From contig CBDETY010000003.1 in the NCBI GenBank assembly GCA_965243025.1, positions 5,184,001-5,248,000 on the forward strand: 64,000 nucleotides of DNA, given 5' to 3'. Shown here piece by piece: positions 47,460 through 57,282 of the stretch (positions are counted from its first letter, which is position 1; the number at the start of each line of letters is the position of its first letter). The notes beneath the pieces were generated by a model. That model did not search any database, had not been told where the DNA came from, and worked only from the letters and a program-made list of their open reading frames with translations. This DNA comes from Candidatus Latescibacterota bacterium. Its GTDB lineage: Bacteria; Latescibacterota; UBA2968; UBA8231. Position numbers and translations under genes: made by a program.

Positions 47460-49103
47460 TCAGCCTTCTCCGGGAAGGCGGATAAGGGACAGGGCCGCCT
47501 CGTCGATGCGGATCTCATCGGCGTTGCGCACCCTCAGCTCTTCGATGAACCCGTTGAAGAGCTCCTCCCTGCGGATCATGTTGAGGATGCCGCGGATTCG
47601 CGGGGTTTCCTGCTCCAGAGACCGCTGTTCGCCCCCGCTCCGCTCCCTGACCCGGAAGACGGAGTAGCCCCCCTGCACCTTCAAGGGACCCGTGAGCTGT
47701 CCGATCGGGGCCGCGGCCGCCTCCGGCACCAGGTCGCCGTACACGGGTGCCTCGTAGGAATGGAGGTGAAGCCCGGTCCCTTCCCCCCGCCTGGTCAGGG
47801 CCGCCAGGTCGGGGAAGCTCTCCCCCCCCTCCAGCCGGCCGCGCACCTTTTCGGCTTCCTCGCGGGTTTCCACCAGGATCTCGTCGAGCCACACCTGCGT
47901 CGGCCGGCGGAAATCGCCGGGGTGCTCTTCGTAGTACCGCTTCACCTCGACGTCGGTCACGACGACTTTCCCGGTAGCCTCGATGCGGCGCAGCGCCTGA
48001 ATCAGCAGGTCCCGCTTCTTGCGCTGCCGCCATGAGATCATCTCCTCCCGGGTGGGGTATCCGGCGTCGCGGGCCGCCTGCCAGATCAGGGCGTTGGCCG
48101 CGACCTTCCGCGCCGCGGCGACGACCCGGGAGCTGTCCCCCAGAGCCGGGGGTTTACCCGCCAGCACGAAGATCCGGATATAGTCGCCGGCGGTGATGGC
48201 CCCGCCGGTGAAGGTGTAGAGCGGCGTGGCTGCCTCCCCTTCGGTCAGGCTCTCCCCCGGGGCCCTGGCGATCAGCACGTCGAGGGAGCCGGGTTGCGGC
48301 TGCAGGTCGAGGGCCACCCTGAGCGACTCGACCAGGGCGTTGTGGGCGAGCGTGAACTTCTCGCGCACCAGCTCGCGGTGAAGTTGGCCGCGGTAAGGGG
48401 TGATTTCCCCTTCCCCCTCCCAGGAGCACTGGACCAGCTGGTAGACCTCGGCGAGCTCGACGGGAGCGGACAGTTCCCCCGCCGCCAGGGCCGTGAAGAC
48501 GTACTGCCGGATGCCGGCGCGCTCCGCTTCCGGCCAGGTGATCCTTCCGAGCAACCCCCCCTGCGGGGCCGTGCTCCTGTCGAGGGAGTGCACCCGCGCC
48601 AGAGAGTCGAAGCGCGCTCCCTGCTCAAGCTCCCGGTGCAGCGCCTCCGCCTCCTCGAGGGTGGCGACGACGATCCGGCTCAACTCCTTCAGGCGGTTGT
48701 AGCCGCGGCGGACGAACTCCTCGCCGATCTCCGCCTCGGAAACCTGGACCGCGGGGCCGAGCCGGTCGCGATGGTAGTTGGAAACCACCTTCTGGCGGAA
48801 GCGCCGCTCGAGGTCGTCCTCGAAACCGGGTTCCCTGTCGAGGCCGCGCGACCTGCCCTCCATGACGAGCAGCTCTTCCCCGACGAGGGCGTCGACGTAC
48901 TCCCGCCGCGCCGCGTCCCCGCTCTCCTTCGAGCGCAGCGCCTCGTCCAGCCTGGCGGCGAACCCCTCCACCTCGCCGACGCCGATCTCCACCTCGCCGA
49001 CGACGGCGACGACCGTCTCCGGGGGCTCTCCGCATCCGGTCAGGCCCCCTGCCAGGGCAGGGAAAAGGGTCAGGGATAACCAGGTTCTCCTTCGACAGCT
49101 CAT
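47460..49103 (-). CDS. PpiC/SurA-like peptidyl-prolyl isomerase lipoprotein (two rotamase-like modules)
   Basis: Lipobox LTGC; 'FDSLARVHSLDRSTAPQGGLLG', 'ILVETREEAEKV...GESFPDLA', 'GPLKVQGGYSVF'; ATGA overlap with upstream gene. Confidence 0.82.
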   Translation of the reverse strand: MSCRRRTWLSLTLFPALAGGLTGCGEPPETVVAVVGEVEIGVGEVEGFAARLDEALRSKESGDAARREYVDALVGEELLVMEGRSRGLDREPGFEDDLERRFRQKVVSNYHRDRLGPAVQVSEAEIGEEFVRRGYNRLKELSRIVVATLEEAEALHRELEQGARFDSLARVHSLDRSTAPQGGLLGRITWPEAERAGIRQYVFTALAAGELSAPVELAEVYQLVQCSWEGEGEITPYRGQLHRELVREKFTLAHNALVESLRVALDLQPQPGSLDVLIARAPGESLTEGEAATPLYTFTGGAITAGDYIRIFVLAGKPPALGDSSRVVAAARKVAANALIWQAARDAGYPTREEMISWRQRKKRDLLIQALRRIEATGKVVVTDVEVKRYYEEHPGDFRRPTQVWLDEILVETREEAEKVRGRLEGGESFPDLAALTRRGEGTGLHLHSYEAPVYGDLVPEAAAAPIGQLTGPLKVQGGYSVFRVRERSGGEQRSLEQETPRIRGILNMIRREELFNGFIEELRVRNADEIRIDEAALSLIRLPGEG

Positions 49104-50914
49104 TCTGTGGTTCCTCGGTCCTGTTGCAGTGTCAGCAGTTCGTTGACGGGAAGATCGTGGAAGCGCTCGAGCCCGCCGCCGGGCCAGCGGACCTCCAGGG
49201 TGTCGATCCGGGTTCTCGAACCCAGCCCGAAGTGCAGCCGCCGGTCGCCGGCCGACAGGTAGCTGGAACCGCCCTGCACCACCCGGATCTGCGACAGGCC
49301 GCCGGAAACGAGACGCACCTCGGCTCCGATGCCGTCGCGGTTTCCGCGGCCGCCCACGGTGCGGATCATCGACCAGTTGCGCCGGTTGCCGCCCTCGTTG
49401 CGCAGCAGTGTCGCAGGTCCTCCGCAGTGGGTGACGAGGAGGTCGAGGTCGCCGTCGTTGTCGTAGTCCCCGAAGGCCGCCCCCCGGCCGACTTCCCTGG
49501 CCGCGAACCAGGCCCCCGACGAGTCGGAGACGTCGGCGAAGGAGCCGCCCCGGTTTGCGAAGAGCTGGTCGGGCTGGGCGAATTCGACCCCGGGCTGGAA
49601 CAGCGGAATCCGCTCGAGGATATGGCCGTTGGCCACGTACAGGTCGAGGTCCCCGTCGTTGTCGTAGTCGAAAAAGCCGGTGCCGAACCCCAGAACGCGC
49701 CAGCTCGGTTCGGAGAGACCGGCGGCGGCGGTCACGTCCCGGAAGCGCTCCCCGGCATTGGCGTAGAGGGTGTTGGTCTCGTGCGAGAAGTTGGTGGTGA
49801 ACAGGTCGAAGTCCCCGTCGTTGTCGTAGTCGCCGAGGTCGACCCCCATGCAGGCCTCGGCCCGGCCCTCGCCGTTGAAGGCCATTCCCGCCTGCAGGGC
49901 GACGTCGGAGAAGGTCCCGTCCCCCTCGTTGCGGTAGAGGTAGTTGGCCATGCCGTCGTTGGCGACGAACAGGTCCTGGTCGCCGTCGCGGTCGTAGTCC
50001 CAGGCGACGACGCCGAGTCCCTTCCCCCCGGGGTTGGCGATCCCGGCCCGCACCGACACGTCGGCGAAGCTCCCGTCCCCTTCGTTGCGGTAGAGGACGT
50101 CGGGGACGCCGCCGTAGGAATCCTTCGGGGCGCAGTAGGAGCGCGTGTAGTCGGAGATCGCCATCAGGCCCTCGGGGTCGGTCCTGACGACGCCCCCGCA
50201 AACCCTGTTGGTCATCGGCGTGAAGTCGAGGAAGCCGGCGATGTAGAGGTCGAGGCTGCCGTCGTTGTCGTAGTCGAAGAAAGCCGCGCTCGTGCTCCAC
50301 TGGGGGGCTTCGACCTCCGCCTCGGCGGTGGCGTCGGCGAAGCTGCCGTCCCCGGCGTTCCGGTAGAAGACGTTGGCGCCGTAGTTGGTCACGTAGAGAT
50401 CCTGGTCCCCGTCGTTGTCGTAATCGGCCACCGCGCACCCGAAGCCGTAGCCCCTGTCGGCGACACCGGCGGCAGCGGTCGCATCGGTGAAAGTGCCGTC
50501 GCCGCGGTTTCGGTACATGGCGTTGGCCGCCGCTTCAATCCCGGTGGCCGGGTACAGCTGCACGCCGTAGCTGTCGGGGTCGGCCGGGGTCTCCCGCGCT
50601 TCCGTTGCCGCGCGCGTCCACCATGTGTTTCCCACTTTCTTCTCCACGTTGGTCAGCCGGGAGGGAATGCCGGCGAGATCGAATCCGTTCACCAGGTAGA
50701 TGTCGAGATGGCCGTCGCCGTCGAAGTCGGCGAAGGCCCCGCCGGCAGCCATCGTCTCGATCAGAAAATAGTCCCCCGCCGAGCCTTTGGCGTGATCGAA
50801 GTCTACCCCCGAGCCGGCTGTGGCGTCGTCGAAACGCACCGGGGGAGGTTCGGCGGCGCAGGCGAGCAGGAAAGCGCCGGGGGCGAGCCTCGATATCGTC
50901 GGCAACACGCGCAT
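49100..50914 (-). CDS. CRTAC1/ASPIC-UnbV protein with FG-GAP repeats
   Basis: Multiple DYDNDGDxDL repeats, 'YRNEGDGTF', C-terminal 'NRDGIGAEV...GGSSYLS...LHFGLG...VRWPGG'; GGAGGT RBS; possible lipobox LLAC. Confidence 0.92.
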   Translation of the reverse strand: MRVLPTISRLAPGAFLLACAAEPPPVRFDDATAGSGVDFDHAKGSAGDYFLIETMAAGGAFADFDGDGHLDIYLVNGFDLAGIPSRLTNVEKKVGNTWWTRAATEARETPADPDSYGVQLYPATGIEAAANAMYRNRGDGTFTDATAAAGVADRGYGFGCAVADYDNDGDQDLYVTNYGANVFYRNAGDGSFADATAEAEVEAPQWSTSAAFFDYDNDGSLDLYIAGFLDFTPMTNRVCGGVVRTDPEGLMAISDYTRSYCAPKDSYGGVPDVLYRNEGDGSFADVSVRAGIANPGGKGLGVVAWDYDRDGDQDLFVANDGMANYLYRNEGDGTFSDVALQAGMAFNGEGRAEACMGVDLGDYDNDGDFDLFTTNFSHETNTLYANAGERFRDVTAAAGLSEPSWRVLGFGTGFFDYDNDGDLDLYVANGHILERIPLFQPGVEFAQPDQLFANRGGSFADVSDSSGAWFAAREVGRGAAFGDYDNDGDLDLLVTHCGGPATLLRNEGGNRRNWSMIRTVGGRGNRDGIGAEVRLVSGGLSQIRVVQGGSSYLSAGDRRLHFGLGSRTRIDTLEVRWPGGGLERFHDLPVNELLTLQQDRGTTE

Positions 50915-51087
50915 CTGGTCACCTCCCGCGCCGGCGGCATTGCCCCGCGGTTTTTGGTGCGCTGCACCCGGTTCTATCTTAGGCCGCTCAACCCCGTGGC
51001 CGCCAGTCGCAGCAGTGTCCTGTCCCGGAACGGATTGCCGCGAATCCGAAGGCCGGCGGCCGGGACCGGTACCGCCTGCATGGCGAG

Positions 51088-52953
51088 GTGCCCGTGAGAT
51101 GGCGCCGACTCGGGAGCCGTTCAATCACACCCCGATCCTTACAGGAAATCCGCCGGCACATCGGCCGCCCAGCGGTTCAGGGCGGGGCGGTGTTCCTCCT
51201 GGCGCTGCTGCTCCGCCTCGCCTGTATCGCCCAGATCGATGACGGCCCGCTGTTCGCGGAGCCGGCGGTCGACGCGCGGACCTACACCGAGCACGCCGCC
51301 CGCATCGCCGCCGGCAACTGGCTCGGCCGCGGTGAGGGGCCGTTCTGGCAGCCCCCGCTGTACCCCTATCTCCTCGCCGCGGTCAGACGGCTCTCTGCGG
51401 ACAGCTTCTTCCATTCGGCGCGCTATGTGCAGGCCCTCTGGGGTGCCCTGCCGTGCGTTCTCCTCTACTTCATGGGCCGCCGCCTTTTCAACCGGCCCAC
51501 CGGCCTTGTCGCCGGTCTGGCAGCGGCCGCCTACGGGCCCTTCCTGTTCTTCGACGGCGAGCTGCTCCCGGTTTCCCTGGCGACCGCGCTCAACACCCTG
51601 GGCCTCGCCCTGCTGCTCCGCTGCCAACGGAGACCCTCCGCGGCCGGCTTCGGGATTGCCGGTGCGGTCTTCGGGCTCGCCGCCCTCGCGGTGCCCACGG
51701 TCCTTCTCTTCGCCGCGGCCTGTCTGGTGTGGCTGGGGCTGCGCCGGCCGCCCCGGCATGCCGCGGCGTTCCTTGTCGGGGTGGGCCTGGCGGTCGCTCC
51801 GGTGGCCCTGCGCAACGTCGTTGTCGGCGGGGATTCCGTGATCATCTCCTACAACAGCGGCATCAACTTCTACATCGGCAACAACAGCCGCTACGAGGAG
51901 ACCGTCGCCGTCCGCCCCGGCTGGGAGTGGGACGCCCTCGCCGCCCGGCCGCGGCAGGCGGGCCTGGAGCGGCCCTCCAGGCAGTCCGCCTTCTTCTGGG
52001 GGGAGGCGTGGCGCGAGATCCGCGCCGATCCGGCGGCGTATCTGCGGCTGTTGGCCCGCAAGCTCTTCCTGCTGGGGCACGGCGGCGAAATCGGACGCAA
52101 CCAGCCGATCTATTTCCACCGGAACGAGTCGAGCCTGCTGGCGGCGCTGCTGTGGAAGCACGGAGGCGTCGCTTTTCCCTTCGGCATCGCCGGGCCCCTG
52201 GCGCTCAGCGGTCTGCTGCTCGCGCTCAGGGACCGGAGAGCCACCCTGCTGATCGTGTATGCCGCGGCGTACGGGGCGGGAGTCATCGCCTTCTTCGTCA
52301 CCGCGCGCTACCGCCTGCCCATGGTTCCGGTGATGCTTCTCTTCGCCGCCCATGCCGCCCACTGGACGGCGGCGGCCCTGCGCCGCAGGCGCTGGACCGC
52401 GGCGGCGCTGGTGCTGGGAACCACCGGCCTGTTCGCCGCGGCCGCCAACTACCGCGTCGCCCCCATGAACATGGAGGGGGACGCGGCCATCCACTTCAAC
52501 ATCGGGGACGCCCTGGCCCGGCAGGGGAAGCCCTGGGGGGCCCGCCAGGCCCTGGCCCGGGCGGTGCAACTCGACTCCACCCACTGGCAGGCGTGGCTCA
52601 ACCTCGGGACTCTGAAGGTCCGCGGCGGGGACGCGCGCGGGGCGCTGCCGATCTTCCGCCGCGTGGCTCGAGGCGCTCCCGGGCGGCTCGAGCCCTGGAT
52701 GAACCTCGCCGGCGCCCACATGGTGCTCGGCGAATGGCAGGCAGCTGCCCGCGCCTTCCGCAGGGCAATGCGGGCGGCGCCCGATTCCCATCACCCCTAC
52801 GGCGGCCTCGTGCGCGCCCTGGCGATGGCCGGGAAGACGGAACGCGCCAGGGAGGTTCTGGAAGATGCCGCCGCGCGTTTTCCCGGCCGCGCCCGCTCCT
52901 TCCGGGAGGCCTTCGACCGCCTGGAAGCGAACCGGAGACGAAGTCCCCGCTGA
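51088..52953 (+). CDS. GT-C (GT39/PMT-like) membrane glycosyltransferase with C-terminal TPRs
   Basis: 'VDARTY..HA', 'PPLYPYLLA', 'GINFYIGNN', 'ARYRLP'; TPR-like helices 'AWLNLG', 'PWMNLAGA'; start uncertain. Confidence 0.8.
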   Translation: MPVRWRRLGSRSITPRSLQEIRRHIGRPAVQGGAVFLLALLLRLACIAQIDDGPLFAEPAVDARTYTEHAARIAAGNWLGRGEGPFWQPPLYPYLLAAVRRLSADSFFHSARYVQALWGALPCVLLYFMGRRLFNRPTGLVAGLAAAAYGPFLFFDGELLPVSLATALNTLGLALLLRCQRRPSAAGFGIAGAVFGLAALAVPTVLLFAAACLVWLGLRRPPRHAAAFLVGVGLAVAPVALRNVVVGGDSVIISYNSGINFYIGNNSRYEETVAVRPGWEWDALAARPRQAGLERPSRQSAFFWGEAWREIRADPAAYLRLLARKLFLLGHGGEIGRNQPIYFHRNESSLLAALLWKHGGVAFPFGIAGPLALSGLLLALRDRRATLLIVYAAAYGAGVIAFFVTARYRLPMVPVMLLFAAHAAHWTAAALRRRRWTAAALVLGTTGLFAAAANYRVAPMNMEGDAAIHFNIGDALARQGKPWGARQALARAVQLDSTHWQAWLNLGTLKVRGGDARGALPIFRRVARGAPGRLEPWMNLAGAHMVLGEWQAAARAFRRAMRAAPDSHHPYGGLVRALAMAGKTERAREVLEDAAARFPGRARSFREAFDRLEANRRRSPR

Positions 52954-53082
52954 TCACCCGGCACGCCCGCTGCATGCTTGACGCGCGGTCGGCCGCGTAC
53001 ATCTTCCCGCTTCCGTGCCGCGGGCGCGGACCGCCGCCGCCTTCAGTTCGCGGCAAACGGTATACCAGACGAGGAGAAACCG

Positions 53083-53952
53083 ATGGACAGCATCTATCTG
53101 CGATGGGCCGGGTGCGGCCACTTCGACGTGCTGATGGGGGATGTCAACATCTGCTTCGATCCCTACCTGTTCGGCGACGACCTGGAGGCAGCCGAGCCGA
53201 TCTTCGACTACATCTTCATCAGTCACGAACACTTCGACCACTCCCATCCGAAGACGCTGAAGAAGCTGTGCCGGGGGGACCGCTTCAAGAAGCTGTTCGT
53301 GCCGATCGGCTGTCTGACCCCGAACGAGCCGGTGCACGGGAAGTACGGCTACGCCGCCTTCGACCGCGACCTGCCGGTCACCAGGCACATTCCCGCCGAC
53401 AAGGTGCAGGTGGCCTACCCGAAATACCAGGACGAAGAGAGGAACGGCCGCCGCGATTTCCCCGGACCGTTCGAGTTCGATCTCGGCCCGCTGCAGGTCG
53501 AGGTGTACGAAAGCGGCGAGAACGCGCGGCCCGACCTGCCCACCTGTGCATACCACGTGGTGCACGCCGGGCGGGACGTCTCCGTTTTCCATACCGGCGA
53601 CCTCCACGGCGCCTACCCCGCCCTCGAGCGGATGCGGGGCCGGGTCGACTATCTCGTGCACATGAAGACCCCGATAGGACCCCTGGTCGAGGCGGTGCGG
53701 CCCCGCTTCGTGGTCCCCACCCATTACCGCACGGACCGCGAGACCGAGCCGATCCCCGCGGGCCACTGGCCGCCGAACCTCACCGACGTCAACGCCTTCC
53801 TCGAAGACCTGCGCGAGCAGATCGGCGGCAGGGCGACCATGCTGCCGTTCACCGCCCCCGTGCAGTACGAGGTCGAGATGCCGTCGAAGAAGGTCAAGTG
53901 GGCCTGGGAGTGGTTCAACTCGTGGGACGTGCCCAAATGGATAGAAGAATAG
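53083..53952 (+). CDS. Metallo-beta-lactamase-fold hydrolase
   Basis: FDPYL, SHEHFDHSH, HTGD, VPTHY; GAGGAG RBS. Confidence 0.85.
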   Translation: MDSIYLRWAGCGHFDVLMGDVNICFDPYLFGDDLEAAEPIFDYIFISHEHFDHSHPKTLKKLCRGDRFKKLFVPIGCLTPNEPVHGKYGYAAFDRDLPVTRHIPADKVQVAYPKYQDEERNGRRDFPGPFEFDLGPLQVEVYESGENARPDLPTCAYHVVHAGRDVSVFHTGDLHGAYPALERMRGRVDYLVHMKTPIGPLVEAVRPRFVVPTHYRTDRETEPIPAGHWPPNLTDVNAFLEDLREQIGGRATMLPFTAPVQYEVEMPSKKVKWAWEWFNSWDVPKWIEE

Positions 53953-54064
53953 CATTTCCCGGCAAGGAAATCATTTGCGTCCCGCATGTGCACGAGGTAC
54001 CTTGACCAATTCGGCAAGAAGGAAAACCGCCTGTTCAAATCGCTCGCACAAAGGAGGAGCAGCA

Positions 54065-54952
54065 ATGAGCAAGCCGAAATTTCTCGCAGCCCTGGCGCTC
54101 TCTTTGAGCCTCGTGGGTACATCGTCGGCCCACTTTCCGGAAGGGGCGCTTTACTTTGCCTGGCAGTGGCCCGCCGGCGCCGAGCCCGTTGTCGACGGCG
54201 ACGGCAGCGAGTTCCAGGTAATTCCGGACGAGTGGTGGCAGACCACCGAGATGTTCCCCGACACGCAGGGGGGCGTCGACATCAACCGCGCTGACTTCGA
54301 CGCCAGGGCGGTGATCACCTGGAGTGACGCCACCAACCAGTTCTACGCCTACTCCGAGGTCTTCGACGACATCAGCGCCGCCGGCGACACGTGGCAGTTC
54401 AACGTCGACGCCGACCACGCCGGCGGCTATGTCGCGCTCGGATTCCCCGAGGGAACCAGCGACGAGGAGAAGCAGCGGCTCACGGGGGCGGCCAACCAGC
54501 AGTACGAAATCTGGAACACCGCCGGCGACGCCGACGTGATCGGCCCGGACGAGACCCTGTTCTTCTGGGGCAAGGCATCGTGGCTTCCCGACCAGGGATG
54601 GTACCTGGCCGAGCACACCTTCGACGGCACCTACGGCGGCGAGGGAACGACCTACCTCGAAGTCCTTTTCGGCTCGTACGTCTTCCTCGACCAGGACGAC
54701 CCCGGCGCAGTGGAGTTTCACGACCTCACCGAGAACGGGATCACCGGTATCGGGTACAACTGGATGGATGTCGAAGATCCCGAAATAGCGGGGAACAGCC
54801 CCTGGGAGAGCTTCTACAATCTCTGCAATAACAACGAGATGTTCTGGAACTCCGAAGCGATTCCCGACTTCTTCCTGGCACCGGTGGAGGAGGGGATCAC
54901 CGCGGTGGACGCCACGACCTGGGGCCAGTTGAAGACGAACTTCGCCGACTGA
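54065..54952 (+). CDS. Secreted acidic protein (CBM9/DOMON-like) with C-terminal TTWG motif
   Basis: AAGGAGG RBS, signal peptide, 'VVDGDGSEF', 'VDADHAGG'; ends 'TAVDATTWGQLKTNFAD'. Confidence 0.7.
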   Translation: MSKPKFLAALALSLSLVGTSSAHFPEGALYFAWQWPAGAEPVVDGDGSEFQVIPDEWWQTTEMFPDTQGGVDINRADFDARAVITWSDATNQFYAYSEVFDDISAAGDTWQFNVDADHAGGYVALGFPEGTSDEEKQRLTGAANQQYEIWNTAGDADVIGPDETLFFWGKASWLPDQGWYLAEHTFDGTYGGEGTTYLEVLFGSYVFLDQDDPGAVEFHDLTENGITGIGYNWMDVEDPEIAGNSPWESFYNLCNNNEMFWNSEAIPDFFLAPVEEGITAVDATTWGQLKTNFAD

Positions 54953-55016
54953 CCTCGATCATCCGACCATCCAGATAGTTGCCGCTGGTGCCCGCGCGGC
55001 ACCAGTCGCACCGAAT

Positions 55017-55068
55017 GCAGACACCTGGCACGCCGGCCAACCTCGGCTTGCCAGGTGTTTGCCTTTTT
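55017..55068 (+). terminator. Intrinsic terminator after the TTWG protein gene
   Basis: GCAGACACCTGGCA...TGCCAGGTGTTTGC long stem followed by CTTTTT; extra hairpin CTGGTGCC/GGCACCAG at 54985-55005. Confidence 0.75.
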
Positions 55069-55317
55069 ACCGGAAACTCTTTCCGGAGGGCGCGGATGTC
55101 CCCCACCCTCCCTTCTGCGCTCACCGCCAGCCGGCATGGCCTGCCGGCTGCGGACCGCGGCTTCCCTGAAGGTCCCTTCAAAAAGCGTCCTTCCGCTGCT
55201 GGTTGGAGAACAGGCCGCCGACAGGCTGCCGAGACCCGCAGAAGCCCGATCTTTCATTTTGAAACCGGACCTGATTTTACCAGCGCCGGCCCGCCGCCGA
55301 GGTAGAGGGCAACGGGC

Positions 55318-57243
55318 ATGGTAACCCGACTGGCAGGTTTCGGGATTTTGTTCGCCCCAATCTGTCTCGGACTTCTCATTCCCGGGGAAGGCTCTGCGCT
55401 GACCCTGTACCGTATCGGCGCGCGGTTCGCCGACGAACCCGCGCCCGAGGGGGTTGACGTCGTTTACCTGTCATGGAACGATGCATCCACGGGCTTCGAA
55501 GGCGGGTGGAAGGTCGTGGACATGGAAGAAGGGCGGCTTGCCCCGGTATTCCTGGAACCGGATCGCAACATCGCGCTGGATGCCGCCGGCCTGGGTGGAG
55601 GCCCCTTCGGTGCCAAGTGGCCCGTAAAAACCAATCATGAATTCCACGGCCTGACGGTCGATGGGGACCCGACAACGGCGTTCGAGGAAGCGGACATAAA
55701 GGAAACCCGTGAATGGCCTTTCATCGGAATCGACCTGGGCGGTGTCCTGCCGATCAACCGGGTGGTGTTCTATCCTACAACGGAGCATCAGGACCGTTTC
55801 CCCGAGTACTTGAGGCTCTATGTCTTCGGGGGCGATCCTTCCCGTCTCGCCAATCCCTTCGGCAGCCTCCGGCACTTCGATCTGGTGGCGCAGGAAGAGG
55901 ACAACCGCACCTCCCGCATCGAGGTGACCATGTCGACCCGGTTCGTGCACACCGTCATGCTGGAGATCGGCGATCCAAGAAGCCCGGACCGCGATTTCCG
56001 GAGCGGCCCGCGTCCGTGGCAGATCGCCGAGTTCGAGATCTACGGAGACGGGTACGCGCCGAACGCCTTTTACAGATCGCGGGTTCTCGACCTCGGAACG
56101 GTTGCCAGCGTCGGGCGGATCCGCTGGGCGGGGACCAGGGACCGGGGCGCCAGGGTGGAGATTCGCACGCGCAGCGGGTCGGACGGCGACCCGAACCGCT
56201 ACTGGCGCCGCACCGGCCGGGGCTCCGAGGTCAGCTACCGCGACCCGCAGGGCCGGCCCCTGACGCGGCAGCAGTACGAGGACCTGCTGCTGACGGAGCA
56301 GGCGGGCACCTCGCACGATCAGGACAGCTGGAGCTTCTGGTCGGCCCCGTATGCCTTCGGCGACAGCGCCGGAACTCCGGTCGTCTCCCCGGGTCCGCGC
56401 CGTTTTCTGCAACTGGACGTGCAGTTCGAGAGCGATTACCTCGCCGGCGGTGAGCTGTCGTACCTGGAGTTCGAGGCGACGAGCCCGCCGGTGGTGCAGC
56501 GGGTGGTGGGAGAAGTATCTCCGATAGAGGTGGTGGCCGGAGAGGAGACGGAGTTCGTGTTCGCCTTCCTGCCGACGATCACCGAGTCGGAGCCGGGGTT
56601 CGACCGCTTCGTTCTGAGCACTCCGGGCGAGCTGATTGCGGTGGACTCGGTGCGGGTCAATTCCGAGAGGGTGGAATACCAGACGGGAGACCACCCGCTT
56701 CCCGGACACCGCGTCGAGTTCGTCCTGCCGCGCATGGAGGCGGCCGACAGCGGCAAGCCGGTGGAGGTGTTCTTCCGCGGGCGCGTGTTCCGGTTCGGCA
56801 CCGTGTTCGAGGGGGAGCTGCACGACAGCCGTCGCCCCGGCGAGGTGGGACAGGGGGTGGTCGACGGGGACGCGATCTTCCGTCTCGACAGCAACCGGTT
56901 GTCGGTCGGCGTCAACCTGTCGGGCGCCTTGTTGCAGGACGTGGAGGTGACCAGTCCGGTAGTGACGCCGAACGGGGACGGGGTCAACGACGAGGTGGGA
57001 TTCCGCTACAAGCTGCTGCAGCTCGCCGAGGGGCAGGCGGTGACGGTCGATATCTACGACCTGGGGGGTCGCCTTGTGCGCCGCGTGTACGAGGGCCGGG
57101 ACGGCAGCGGGGGTCACGAGCGCGGTTGGGACGGGCGCGGGGAGTCGGGTGCGCTGGCTCCGGGGGTGTACCTGTACCGGATCACCGTCGACGCCGATTC
57201 GCGGCGGGCGGGGCGCAGCGGAGTCGTCAGCATTGCCTACTGA
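55318..57243 (+). CDS. Secreted protein with discoidin-like segment and C-terminal FlgD-Ig/CTD domain, paralog A1
   Basis: Signal peptide; 'IDLGG..INRVVFYP', 'EFEIYGDGY', 'TPNGDGVND..YDLGGRLV..WDG..PGVYLY..VSIAY'. Confidence 0.75.
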   Translation: MVTRLAGFGILFAPICLGLLIPGEGSALTLYRIGARFADEPAPEGVDVVYLSWNDASTGFEGGWKVVDMEEGRLAPVFLEPDRNIALDAAGLGGGPFGAKWPVKTNHEFHGLTVDGDPTTAFEEADIKETREWPFIGIDLGGVLPINRVVFYPTTEHQDRFPEYLRLYVFGGDPSRLANPFGSLRHFDLVAQEEDNRTSRIEVTMSTRFVHTVMLEIGDPRSPDRDFRSGPRPWQIAEFEIYGDGYAPNAFYRSRVLDLGTVASVGRIRWAGTRDRGARVEIRTRSGSDGDPNRYWRRTGRGSEVSYRDPQGRPLTRQQYEDLLLTEQAGTSHDQDSWSFWSAPYAFGDSAGTPVVSPGPRRFLQLDVQFESDYLAGGELSYLEFEATSPPVVQRVVGEVSPIEVVAGEETEFVFAFLPTITESEPGFDRFVLSTPGELIAVDSVRVNSERVEYQTGDHPLPGHRVEFVLPRMEAADSGKPVEVFFRGRVFRFGTVFEGELHDSRRPGEVGQGVVDGDAIFRLDSNRLSVGVNLSGALLQDVEVTSPVVTPNGDGVNDEVGFRYKLLQLAEGQAVTVDIYDLGGRLVRRVYEGRDGSGGHERGWDGRGESGALAPGVYLYRITVDADSRRAGRSGVVSIAY

Positions 57244-57282
57244 AACTTCAGCCGCCTTCATCCGGCCGATCGAGACCTGCCA

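Noticed and set aside
47460-50438. 992-aa PPIase fusion ORF
   Set aside because: The N-terminal ~445 codons are an off-frame read of the ASPIC gene; the real start is ATG 49103 with a lipoprotein signal.
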